DNA of 64,000 bases from Myxococcota bacterium (GTDB lineage Bacteria; Myxococcota_A; Polyangia; Polyangiales; Sandaracinaceae), in the NCBI GenBank assembly GCA_036149055.1, contig JAYZQJ010000004.1, forward strand, positions 79,795 through 143,794, given 5' to 3'. The stretch's first letter is position 1. Every line of letters starts with the position of its first letter. Under the pieces are notes generated by a model. That model was not told the DNA's origin, ran no database searches, and saw nothing but the letters and a program-made list of their open reading frames with translations. The translations under genes were made by a program, and so were the position numbers. Shown here one piece after another: positions 17,679-26,051 of this stretch.

Positions 17679-18034
17679 GTGAGCTCAGCATGGAATCTCT
17701 CGGCTTCGGCGCGAGCTCGCCCGAAGAGGCCCCCGCCGCGGCGCCGACCCCCGAGCGGTCGCACGACCTCGACCGGATCCTCGAGATCCCGCTCGACATC
17801 CACGTCGAGCTCGGGCGTCGCAAGATGCGCATCCACGAGCTGCTCGAGCTGGACGTCGGCTCGGTCCTGGAGCTCGGCACCCCGGCGGGCACCCCGCTCA
17901 GCATCTACGCGAACAAGGTGCTCGTCGCTCAGGGCGAGGCCGTCATCGTCGGCGAGCGCTACGGCGTCCGCATCACCGACATCGTCCCCGCGAGCGAGCG
18001 CGTCCGCCGCCTCGGCGGGAAGGAGGGCTTCTGA
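17675..18034 (+). CDS. fliN: Flagellar motor switch protein FliN
   Basis: ILEIPLDIHVELGR, GSVLEL, AQGEAVIVGERYGVRITDI. Confidence 0.94.
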   Translation: MSELSMESLGFGASSPEEAPAAAPTPERSHDLDRILEIPLDIHVELGRRKMRIHELLELDVGSVLELGTPAGTPLSIYANKVLVAQGEAVIVGERYGVRITDIVPASERVRRLGGKEGF

Positions 18035-19155
18035 TGAAGCAGCGAATCGCCACCCTCGCCCTCGCCCTGCTCGCCGTGCCGAGCGCCGCGTCGGCGAACA
18101 CCATCACCGACGCGCGCGCCGACCTCGGCGAGGAGACCTACGAGCTCCGCGTGCAGGCCGAGGCGGACCTCGGAGAGCCGCGCATCCGCACCTCGCCCGG
18201 CTTCGTCCGGGTGTGGTTCCCGGGCATGAACAGCGTGAGCCTCGACCGGGACGGCGACGGCGCGGCCATCCGCTTCGTCCGCATCCGCCCCGGCTACGAG
18301 GACACCGCGGTGACCATCATCCGGCTCGGCGACATGCGTCGCCTCTCCGCCGACGAGGTCGTGGTGACCCGCGACGGCCCGGTGGCCCGGATCTCCATCC
18401 CGCGCGCCGCCTTGCCCCAGGTCGCGGCGATCGCGGCGGCCGAGACCGCGGCCCCCGCGCCGGTCGAGGCCCGCCAGGCGGAGCCCGCGTCGGCCGAGGC
18501 GTCCCCGGAGCCGGCCGCCGAGCCCGAGGCCGTCGAGGCGGAGGAGGAGGCGTCCGCGCCGCCGCTCGCGCTCACCCGGTCGAGCGACGCCCAGCCGCTG
18601 CCCGCGTCGGACGGTCCGAGCACGACCGTCATCCTGCTCGTCCTGACCCTGCTGCTCGGCGGCGGCTACCTGGCGCTCCGCACGGTGCAGAAGAAGATCG
18701 GCAAGGCCGGCCCGCGCCGCGACATCGACATCATCGCCCAGAAGCGGATCGGCGGGAAGCACCAGCTCCTCGTGGTCCGGGCGCTCGGCGAGGATCATCT
18801 GCTGGCGGTCCACGCCGGCCGCACCGAGAAGATCGCCTCGATGCCGGCGCCCCGCGGCGGCGACGAGGGCGGCGGCGAGCTCTCCGAGGAGAGCGACCTG
18901 CTCCCCTTCCTGCGCCTCGGCGCGGGGGAGGACGAGGAGCGCCCGCAGACGCTGCACCGCGCGTCGAGCCGCAAGAAGGTCGAGGATCGCCCGCGCTTCG
19001 GCGCCGAGCTGATGAAGCTGGTCGGAGACCGCGGCCGCGCCGACAGCGTGAGCCTCAGCGGCGGCCTCGGCGGAGGCCTCGGCGGTGGGGCGGCGTCGGC
19101 GCCCAGCGAGGCCGTCGCCGGCCTGCTCCGCCTCCGCGAGAAGCTCGGGCGCTGA
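18034..19155 (+). CDS. fliO: FliO family protein with long N- and C-terminal extensions
   Basis: Signal peptide, exported domain, TM, then IDIIAQKRIGGKHQLLVVRALGEDHLLAV FliO core; between fliN and fliP. Confidence 0.75.
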   Translation: MKQRIATLALALLAVPSAASANTITDARADLGEETYELRVQAEADLGEPRIRTSPGFVRVWFPGMNSVSLDRDGDGAAIRFVRIRPGYEDTAVTIIRLGDMRRLSADEVVVTRDGPVARISIPRAALPQVAAIAAAETAAPAPVEARQAEPASAEASPEPAAEPEAVEAEEEASAPPLALTRSSDAQPLPASDGPSTTVILLVLTLLLGGGYLALRTVQKKIGKAGPRRDIDIIAQKRIGGKHQLLVVRALGEDHLLAVHAGRTEKIASMPAPRGGDEGGGELSEESDLLPFLRLGAGEDEERPQTLHRASSRKKVEDRPRFGAELMKLVGDRGRADSVSLSGGLGGGLGGGAASAPSEAVAGLLRLREKLGR

Positions 19156-19172
19156 GCCAGAGGAAAGACGTC

Positions 19173-19988
19173 ATGAAGAGCCCGCGTCACAGCGTCCGCG
19201 CCGCCTGGGTGAGCTTCGCGCTCGCCCTCGGGGTCTGCGGGGCCACCCTCGCGCCGGCCTTCGTGGCGCCCGCGATCGCGTCCGCGCAGAGCCAGGACGA
19301 CGCCACGGTGACCCCGCCGGGGAGCGTGACCGTCACCCTCCCGGATCTCGAGGAGCCCGACCAGATGGTGCCGGCGCTCAAGATCCTGGTGCTGATGACG
19401 GTGCTGAGCCTGGCGCCGGCCATCCTCATCTCGATGACGAGCTTCACCCGCATCGTCATCGTGCTCAGCTTCGTGCGGCAGGCGGTCGGCACCCAGAACG
19501 TGCCCCCGATGCAGGTGATCCTCTCGCTCTCGCTCCTGCTGACCGCGGTGGTGATGGCGCCGATCTTCCATCGCGTTCAGGTGGAGGCGCTCGACCCCTA
19601 CGAGGCCGAGCAGATCGACGGCGACGAGGCCTGGGAGCGCGGCTCCGACATCATGCGCGGCTTCCTCATCCGGCAGACCCGCGAGGACGACCTGCTGCTC
19701 TTCTACGAGCTCAGCCAGACCGACCGCCCCGCCGACCTGAGCGACGTCTCGCTCCACCTCCTGGTGCCCGCCTTCATGATCAGCGAGCTGCGCACCGGCT
19801 TCGAGATGGGCTTCCTGCTCTTCCTGCCGTTCGTGCTCGTCGACCTGATCACCGGCAGCGTCCTGACCTCGATGGGCATGGTGATGCTCCCGCCGACGAT
19901 GGTCTCGACCCCGCTCAAGATCTTGCTCTTCGTCCTGGTGGACGGATGGGCCCTCCTCACCCGCTCACTCGTGGCCTCGTTCGCATGA
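19173..19988 (+). CDS. fliP: Flagellar export gate protein FliP
   Basis: MTSFTRIVIVLS, PAFMISEL, MGMVMLPP, KILLFVLVDGW; N-terminal signal peptide as in flagellar FliP. Confidence 0.95.
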   Translation: MKSPRHSVRAAWVSFALALGVCGATLAPAFVAPAIASAQSQDDATVTPPGSVTVTLPDLEEPDQMVPALKILVLMTVLSLAPAILISMTSFTRIVIVLSFVRQAVGTQNVPPMQVILSLSLLLTAVVMAPIFHRVQVEALDPYEAEQIDGDEAWERGSDIMRGFLIRQTREDDLLLFYELSQTDRPADLSDVSLHLLVPAFMISELRTGFEMGFLLFLPFVLVDLITGSVLTSMGMVMLPPTMVSTPLKILLFVLVDGWALLTRSLVASFA

Positions 19989-20257
19989 CCCCCTCCATCG
20001 GGCTCGACTGGATCCGCGAGACGATGTGGACCGCGGTGGTCGCCGGCGCGCCGGTGATCCTGACGGTGGCCATCATCGGGCTCGCGCTCGCCATCCTGCA
20101 GGCCGCCACGCAGGTCAACGACGCGGCGGTCCCGTTCGCGGCCAAGGCCATCGGCGTGTTCGTCGCGCTGACGATGACCGGGGCGTGGATGCTCGGGCAG
20201 ATGACCGACTTCGCGGAGAGCGCCTTCGAGGCGATGGCCCGCGTCACCGGCGGTTGA
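19985..20257 (+). CDS. fliQ: Flagellar export gate protein FliQ
   Basis: 90 aa, GLALAILQAATQVNDAAVPFAAK. Confidence 0.88.
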   Translation: MTPSIGLDWIRETMWTAVVAGAPVILTVAIIGLALAILQAATQVNDAAVPFAAKAIGVFVALTMTGAWMLGQMTDFAESAFEAMARVTGG

Positions 20258-20289
20258 CGACCTCGGGGTCGCCGGTCGACGATGGATCG

Positions 20290-22302
20290 ATGGGGGCAGG
20301 CGCGAGGGGGGCCGAGGAGTCGCCGGATCGCGCGCTGAGGGTGGCCAGCGCCGCGCTCGGCGCCGTCGCGAAGGCGGAGAGCGAGAGCGCGCTGTACCAG
20401 CGGGTCTGCGCCCTGCTCACCGAGGAGGCGGGCTACGCGCTCGCGTGGGTGGGCGCCAAGCAGCCGGGCGGCGAGGTGTGCCCGGTCGCCTGGACGGGCG
20501 ACGGATCCTACCCGGCGGGCGCCGCGACCCGCTGGGACGAGGGCCCGCGCGCGCAGGGGCCCACCGGTCGCGCGGTGCGCGAGGGCCGCACCGCGAAGGC
20601 GGTGGCCGACGAGACGAGCTACTCGCCGTGGCAGGAGGCGGCGCGGGCGCAGGGCTTCTCCGCCAGCTGCGCGGTGCCGATCCGGGTGGGCGACGCGGTG
20701 GTCGGCGCGCTGAACGTCTACGCCACCCGCGAGGGGGCGTTCGACGCCGACGAGGTGCGCCGGCTCGAGGAGATCGCCGACGTGCTGGGCCGCGGGGTGG
20801 AGCTCTTCCGGGGCCGGGCGGAGCTCAGCGCCGCGCGGGATCAGCTGCAGGCGCTCTACGACGCCAGCCCGGACATGATCTTCGTGCACGGCGGGGACGG
20901 CCGGATCCTCGACGTGAACGAGCGGGTGCTCGAGGCCCTCCGCGTCACCCGGCAGCTGCTGATCGAGGGCCCACCCGAGGCGACGATCAGCGACCGGCAC
21001 TCCCTCGAGGAGGCCCTGGGGAACACCCGGCGCGCGCTCGAGGAGGGGAGCCACGACTTCGAGTGGGAGGCGAAGCGCGGCGACGGCACGACCTTCCCGG
21101 TGGAGGTGCGCCTGCGGCGGCTGCCCGGCGCCGACCCCACGCGGCCCGACGTGCCGGCCCTGGTCGCGATCGTCCGGGACCTCACCGAGCGCAAGCGCTT
21201 CGAGGCGCAGCTCGTCGAGTCCAGCAAGCTCGAGTCGCTGTCGCTCTTCGCCGGCGGGGTGGCGCACGACTTCAACAACTTCCTCTCGGCGGTGCTGGGC
21301 GCGGCCAGCGCGCTCGAGCCGACGCTGGAGGGGGACGAGCGGAGCGCGTTCCTGCGCGACGTGATCGACGCGGCCCAGGGCGCGCGCGGCCTGACCCGGC
21401 AGCTCCTGGCGTTCGCCCGCGGCGGCGCCAGCGCGCGGGGCACCTTCGATCTCGGCCCGCTGATCCACCAGGCGGCCCGGCTCACCCTCGCGGGGCGGGG
21501 GCTGCGGGCGGAGCTCGAGGTGCCGGAGAGCCTGTGGGCCATCGACGGCGACCGCGATCAGCTCACGAGCGTGCTCCACAACCTCGTGCTCAACGCGGTG
21601 CAGGCCTCGCCGGAGGGCGCGGTGATCCGGCTCCGGGCCGAGAACGAGCGGATCCAAGCCCGGCCGCCCCTCGAGGACGGCCCGCACGTGCGCGTCGAGG
21701 TCTCGGACCTCGGGCCGGGCATGGACGCGCAGACCCTCGCCCGGGCCTTCGACCCCTTCTTCACCACCAAGCGCGAGGGCTCCGGCCTCGGGCTGCCGAC
21801 GGCGCGGGCGGTGGTCCGCCGCCACGACGGCGACCTGCAGCTCGAGAGCGCGCCCGGCCGCGGCACCACCGTGCGCCTCTGGCTGCCCGCCCTCGAGGTG
21901 CGGCCCCCCGCGCGCTCGGCCTCGGCGCCGCCGCAGCGCGACACGTCGCGCCTCCGGATCCTGCTGCTCGAGGACGAGGCCTCGCTGCAGCGCATCTTCG
22001 GCCGCATGCTCGAGCAGCTCGGACACGACGTGGTGACCGCCGACCACGGCGACGAGGCGCTCGAGAAGGCAGCGCAGCTCCGCGCCGCCGGCGCGCGGGT
22101 CGACGTGGCCATCCTCGATCTCACGGTGCGCGGCGGCCGGGGCGGGCGCGAGATCCTGGCGGAGCTGCGCGAGGCGCTGCCGGACACGCGCGTGGTGGGC
22201 ACCAGCGGCTACTCGGACGTCGACCCGAGCACCGTGCCCTTCGACGCCTTCCTCCCCAAGCCGTTCACGCTCGGGCAGCTGAGGCGGATCCTGCGGGAGT
22301 AA
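20290..22302 (+). CDS. Hybrid sensor kinase (GAF-PAS-HisKA-HATPase-REC)
   Basis: GAF (GPTGRAVREG), PAS, AGGVAHDFNN, FDPFFTTK, GSGLGL, C-terminal receiver. Confidence 0.9.
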   Translation: MGAGARGAEESPDRALRVASAALGAVAKAESESALYQRVCALLTEEAGYALAWVGAKQPGGEVCPVAWTGDGSYPAGAATRWDEGPRAQGPTGRAVREGRTAKAVADETSYSPWQEAARAQGFSASCAVPIRVGDAVVGALNVYATREGAFDADEVRRLEEIADVLGRGVELFRGRAELSAARDQLQALYDASPDMIFVHGGDGRILDVNERVLEALRVTRQLLIEGPPEATISDRHSLEEALGNTRRALEEGSHDFEWEAKRGDGTTFPVEVRLRRLPGADPTRPDVPALVAIVRDLTERKRFEAQLVESSKLESLSLFAGGVAHDFNNFLSAVLGAASALEPTLEGDERSAFLRDVIDAAQGARGLTRQLLAFARGGASARGTFDLGPLIHQAARLTLAGRGLRAELEVPESLWAIDGDRDQLTSVLHNLVLNAVQASPEGAVIRLRAENERIQARPPLEDGPHVRVEVSDLGPGMDAQTLARAFDPFFTTKREGSGLGLPTARAVVRRHDGDLQLESAPGRGTTVRLWLPALEVRPPARSASAPPQRDTSRLRILLLEDEASLQRIFGRMLEQLGHDVVTADHGDEALEKAAQLRAAGARVDVAILDLTVRGGRGGREILAELREALPDTRVVGTSGYSDVDPSTVPFDAFLPKPFTLGQLRRILRE

Positions 22303-22354
22303 CCGAACGTGGTCTTCAGCCACGACGGTTTTCGCCGTACACTGGCTGGAGCCC

Positions 22355-23806
22355 ATGTCGGACGCGTACCGAGCGTTGTTCGCGCAGGCGCCGGACGCGA
22401 TCACGGTCGCCGACCTGGAGCGGCGCCACGTCGACTGCAACGAGGTCGCGTGCCGGATGTTCGGCTACACGCGGGACGAGCTGCTCGCGCTCCGCGTCGA
22501 CGACCTGGTCGACCCCGAGGCGCTGTCCGTCGATCCGGTGCGGCTGGAGCGGCTCCGCGGCGGCAACCCGCTCTACAAGGTGCGTTCCTTGCGCCGAAAG
22601 GACGGCACCACCTTCCTGGGCGAGGTGTCGAGCAAGCTCCTGCCGGACGGGCGGGCGATGGCGATCATTCGCGAGCTCGACAGCGAGCGGCTGCGGGCGG
22701 CGCACCACGAGGCCTTCGAGGCCCGCATGAACGTGGAGCGCCTGGAGTCCCTCGCGCGCCTCGCGGGCGGGGTCGCGCACGACTTCAACAACCTCTTCAC
22801 CGTGATCGCGGCTCAGGCCGAGCTGGCGCGCGAAGGCGACCCCGAGGCCTCGCTCGCCGACATCCTGCAGGCCGTCGAGCGGGGGGCGGAGCTGACCGCG
22901 CAGCTGCTCACGTTCACGCGCCAGCGCGACGAGGACGCGGAGCCGGTCGACTTGCACGCCGCGATCCGCCAGAGCCGCCCGATGCTCGCGCGCATCCTGG
23001 GCGACGCGATCACGCTGAAGACCGAGCTGGTCGCCCGGGACGCCTTCGCGCGGATCTCGGTCGGCGCCTTCGAGCAGGTGCTCGGCATCCTGGCCGCGAA
23101 CGCGAAGGACGCGCTGCCCCGCGGCGGCTCCGTCACCATCGCGACCGGCGACGCCGGACAGGGCGCGGTGTCGATCGCCGTCCACGACGACGGCCTGGGC
23201 ATGAGCCCCGAGACCCGCGCCCACGCCTTCGAGCCCTTCTTCACCACCAAGCGCCGACCGCTCGGGCGCGGCCTCGGGCTGAGCACCGTGCTCGGCTTCG
23301 TGCGCCGGGCGGGCGGCAACGTGCGGCTCCTCAGCCGCGAGGGGGAGGGCACCACCGTCGAGCTCAGCCTCCCGCGCACCGACGCGCGCCCGCGCCGCGC
23401 CGCGAGCCGCTTCCCCACGCCCCCCGCCCGACACGAGGGCCGCGTGCTCTTCGCCGAGGACGACGACGCGGTGCGCCGCACGACCACCCGCATCCTGCGC
23501 GCCGCGGGCTTCGACGTGACCGAGACCTCGAACGGTCAGGAGGCGCTCGAGCGCTTCGACGCGGACGACGGCTTCGACGTGCTGCTCACCGACGTGGTGA
23601 TGCCCGGGATGGACGGCGTCGAGCTCGCCCGGCAGGTCCTGGAGCGCCGCCCGAGCATGCCGATCGTGCTCGTGAGCGGCTACACCGCCGATCGGCTCGA
23701 CCGCTCCCCGCTGCCGGCGCGCGTCCGGCTCGTGCAGAAGCCGTTCACGCCCGACGACCTCTTCGCGGCGCTCGGCAAGGCGCGGGTCGTCAGCCCGGCC
23801 GGGTGA
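22355..23806 (+). CDS. Hybrid sensor kinase (PAS-HisKA-HATPase-REC)
   Basis: PAS, AGGVAHDFNN, FEPFFTTK, GRGLGL, LLTDVVMPGMDG. Confidence 0.9.
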   Translation: MSDAYRALFAQAPDAITVADLERRHVDCNEVACRMFGYTRDELLALRVDDLVDPEALSVDPVRLERLRGGNPLYKVRSLRRKDGTTFLGEVSSKLLPDGRAMAIIRELDSERLRAAHHEAFEARMNVERLESLARLAGGVAHDFNNLFTVIAAQAELAREGDPEASLADILQAVERGAELTAQLLTFTRQRDEDAEPVDLHAAIRQSRPMLARILGDAITLKTELVARDAFARISVGAFEQVLGILAANAKDALPRGGSVTIATGDAGQGAVSIAVHDDGLGMSPETRAHAFEPFFTTKRRPLGRGLGLSTVLGFVRRAGGNVRLLSREGEGTTVELSLPRTDARPRRAASRFPTPPARHEGRVLFAEDDDAVRRTTTRILRAAGFDVTETSNGQEALERFDADDGFDVLLTDVVMPGMDGVELARQVLERRPSMPIVLVSGYTADRLDRSPLPARVRLVQKPFTPDDLFAALGKARVVSPAG

Positions 23807-23829
23807 CGCTCATCACGGAGCCGTGACGC

Positions 23830-24363
23830 TCATTCCGGCGCCGTGACGACGGCCTCGCGCAGGGTCGCGAGCCGCGCGTCGCTCACCCCGAACGCCCGGG
23901 CGAGGGCCTGGTGCGCCTCCCGCTCTCCGTCGTCGAGGCGGTCGTCGGCGTCGGCCAGCTGCCAGCTCAGGGCCAGCATCAGCTCCCGCAGGCCCGGCTG
24001 GGTGAGCTCCTCGGCGATCTCGTCGGGGCTCAGCGGCACCCGGACCGCGCGCTCGAGGTGCTCCTTCTCGTCGGGCGACAGCTCGCTGTGCGCGATGATG
24101 CGCATCAGCAGCGCCACCTCCTCGGGCACGATCTCGCGGTCCGCCTGCGCGAGGTAGATGCAGGCGTGGATGGCGCCCCGGCGCTCGCGGACGCGCACCT
24201 CGTCCGACGCGTCGTGGAAGAACTGGCGGAGCGCCCCCAGCTCGTCCGGCCCGAGCACGACGTTGGCGAGCACCGCGCCCACCTCCTCCTCGTGTCCCAT
24301 CAGCACGCCGCCGCGCGCGAGCGCCCCCACCCAGGTCGCCGTGGCTTCGATCGGGTTCGTCAT
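23830..24363 (-). CDS. TerB-like (tellurite resistance/DUF533-type) protein
   Basis: Two ADxxxxxxE repeats (ADREIVPEE, ADDRLDDGE); GGAGG upstream. Confidence 0.7.
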   Translation of the reverse strand: MTNPIEATATWVGALARGGVLMGHEEEVGAVLANVVLGPDELGALRQFFHDASDEVRVRERRGAIHACIYLAQADREIVPEEVALLMRIIAHSELSPDEKEHLERAVRVPLSPDEIAEELTQPGLRELMLALSWQLADADDRLDDGEREAHQALARAFGVSDARLATLREAVVTAPE

Positions 24364-24383
24364 CCGGCCCTCCGGCCGGGAGC

Positions 24384-25343
24384 CTATCTCGCCTGCCAGG
24401 CCACGGTCGAAAGGTACGGGAGCGAGGCCTCGTCGGAGACGATGCGGGCCCCGTCCGCGCTCACCGTGCCGGCGCCGAAGCGGGCCAGCTCCGCCTCCTC
24501 GACCGGGGTGCCGTCGACCAGGCGCGTGTCGAGGCCGCCGAGCACGTAGAGATCGACGCTCGCCCCCGGCGGCAGGCCGGCGTCGTTGGGCAGCGCGATC
24601 GCGGCCGGCGTCGCGAGCGCGCCCTCCGGGGTGAAGGTGTAGGCGCCGAGGAGCGGGCGCCCCTCCGCGAAGCAGGCGGTGGCCTCCACCGGCACCGGGC
24701 CTCCGGCGAGGCGCTCGTACGCGTCGGCGCCGAGGAGCGCGTCCGGCGCGAGGCTCAGCGTCACCCCGCCCGGGAAGCGCACCTCGCGCGGCGCGGCCGG
24801 GTCGCCCTCGGGCGGCACCTCGGCCGGCGCGGTCGCGGGCAAGGCGAAGGCCTCCTCGAGCGCGATCACCGGCTCGGTCCCCTCGAGCGCGAAGGGACAG
24901 TGGACCGCGCCGAGCGGCTGACGCGGCGCCACCACCCGCATCGCGGCCCGCTCCAGGCAGCGGATCTCCTGGGGCACCACGATGGTGAACTCGCCCTCGG
25001 CGTCGGTGGTGGGCGGGACCAGGCAGACGAGGCGATCGTCCGGCGCGACCCGCGCGCAGAGCTGCGGCCGCGCGTCGGCCACGCCCGCCCCGCCCTCGAG
25101 CGCGATCACCCGGCCGCGCACGCCGACCGTCCACCGGGCCTCGCAGCTCGGGTCGGGCTCCAGCGACTCGCAGGCGAGCGGGTCGCCCATCGGGTCGGCC
25201 TCACAGGCCCCCGCGTCCTCGGTCGCGCCGACGTCGGCCAGGGCCCCGGCGTCGCGCCCCGCGTCCGGAGTGTCGTCCGGCGGAGCCGCTCCGTCGCACC
25301 CGGCGAGGGCCAGCGCGGCGATGATCTGTAACGCGCGTCGCAT
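24384..25343 (-). CDS. Lipoprotein of unknown function
   Basis: Lipobox LALAGC, DAG-rich linker, beta-rich body. Confidence 0.7.
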   Translation of the reverse strand: MRRALQIIAALALAGCDGAAPPDDTPDAGRDAGALADVGATEDAGACEADPMGDPLACESLEPDPSCEARWTVGVRGRVIALEGGAGVADARPQLCARVAPDDRLVCLVPPTTDAEGEFTIVVPQEIRCLERAAMRVVAPRQPLGAVHCPFALEGTEPVIALEEAFALPATAPAEVPPEGDPAAPREVRFPGGVTLSLAPDALLGADAYERLAGGPVPVEATACFAEGRPLLGAYTFTPEGALATPAAIALPNDAGLPPGASVDLYVLGGLDTRLVDGTPVEEAELARFGAGTVSADGARIVSDEASLPYLSTVAWQAR

Positions 25344-25382
25344 CGGCGCATAGTAGTCGCCGCCTTCTGCCTCGGTTTCAGC

Positions 25383-26051
25383 ATGCGCGTGATTTCCTTC
25401 GCCTCACTCCTCCTCCTCGGCTGCACCTCGAGCCCGCCGATGTCCCCCGACGCGGCCGCCGACGCCAGCCTCGGCCACCCTCCCGACGCCGCGTCCGCTT
25501 CCGACGCCGGGCCCGAGGACGCCGGGCGCCACGACGCCGGACCCGTGGACGCAGGCCTTCCCGGGCCTATCTGTCCTCCGGAGGGGCCCTTCGGGCCGAA
25601 CCGGGGCGACGTGGCCGAGGAGCTCGTGCTGATGGACTGCGACGGGGTCGCCCACTCGCTCCACGAGCTCTGCGATCGCGAGGTCACCTGGCTCTTCGAG
25701 CTCGCCGACTGGTGCCCGCCCTGCCGCTCGTTCGCGCGGAACGACGCCAACCGGATCTACGATCGCTTCGTCGCCGAGCGCGGAGAGGCCTTCGCCGGGT
25801 GGATGGTGATCAGCGAGGACGCCGGCTTCGATCCGGCCGACGCGGCGGACTGCGCCGAGATCCGCGAGCGCTACGGCATCCACATGCCGGTGCTCATCGA
25901 CCCGACCGGCGCCTTCCAGTCGCAGTTCGGCGTCACCTCGAACGAGGTGCACATCGTGCTCACCGAGGGCGCGGTCATCGGCTGGAAGGGCCACTACGCC
26001 GGCGACCAGGTCGAGGACCGGATCGAGGCCGCCTTCGCCTCAGGGGGCTGA
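25383..26051 (+). CDS. Redoxin (TlpA/AhpC-TSA-like) lipoprotein
   Basis: Lipobox LLLGC, WCPPC motif, thioredoxin-fold pattern. Confidence 0.8.
   Translation: MRVISFASLLLLGCTSSPPMSPDAAADASLGHPPDAASASDAGPEDAGRHDAGPVDAGLPGPICPPEGPFGPNRGDVAEELVLMDCDGVAHSLHELCDREVTWLFELADWCPPCRSFARNDANRIYDRFVAERGEAFAGWMVISEDAGFDPADAADCAEIRERYGIHMPVLIDPTGAFQSQFGVTSNEVHIVLTEGAVIGWKGHYAGDQVEDRIEAAFASGG

Noticed and set aside
3731..20257. Non-flagellar type III secretion system
   Set aside because: flgB, flgC, fliE, flgD, flgE and fliL are flagellum-specific; no secretin or needle genes are seen.
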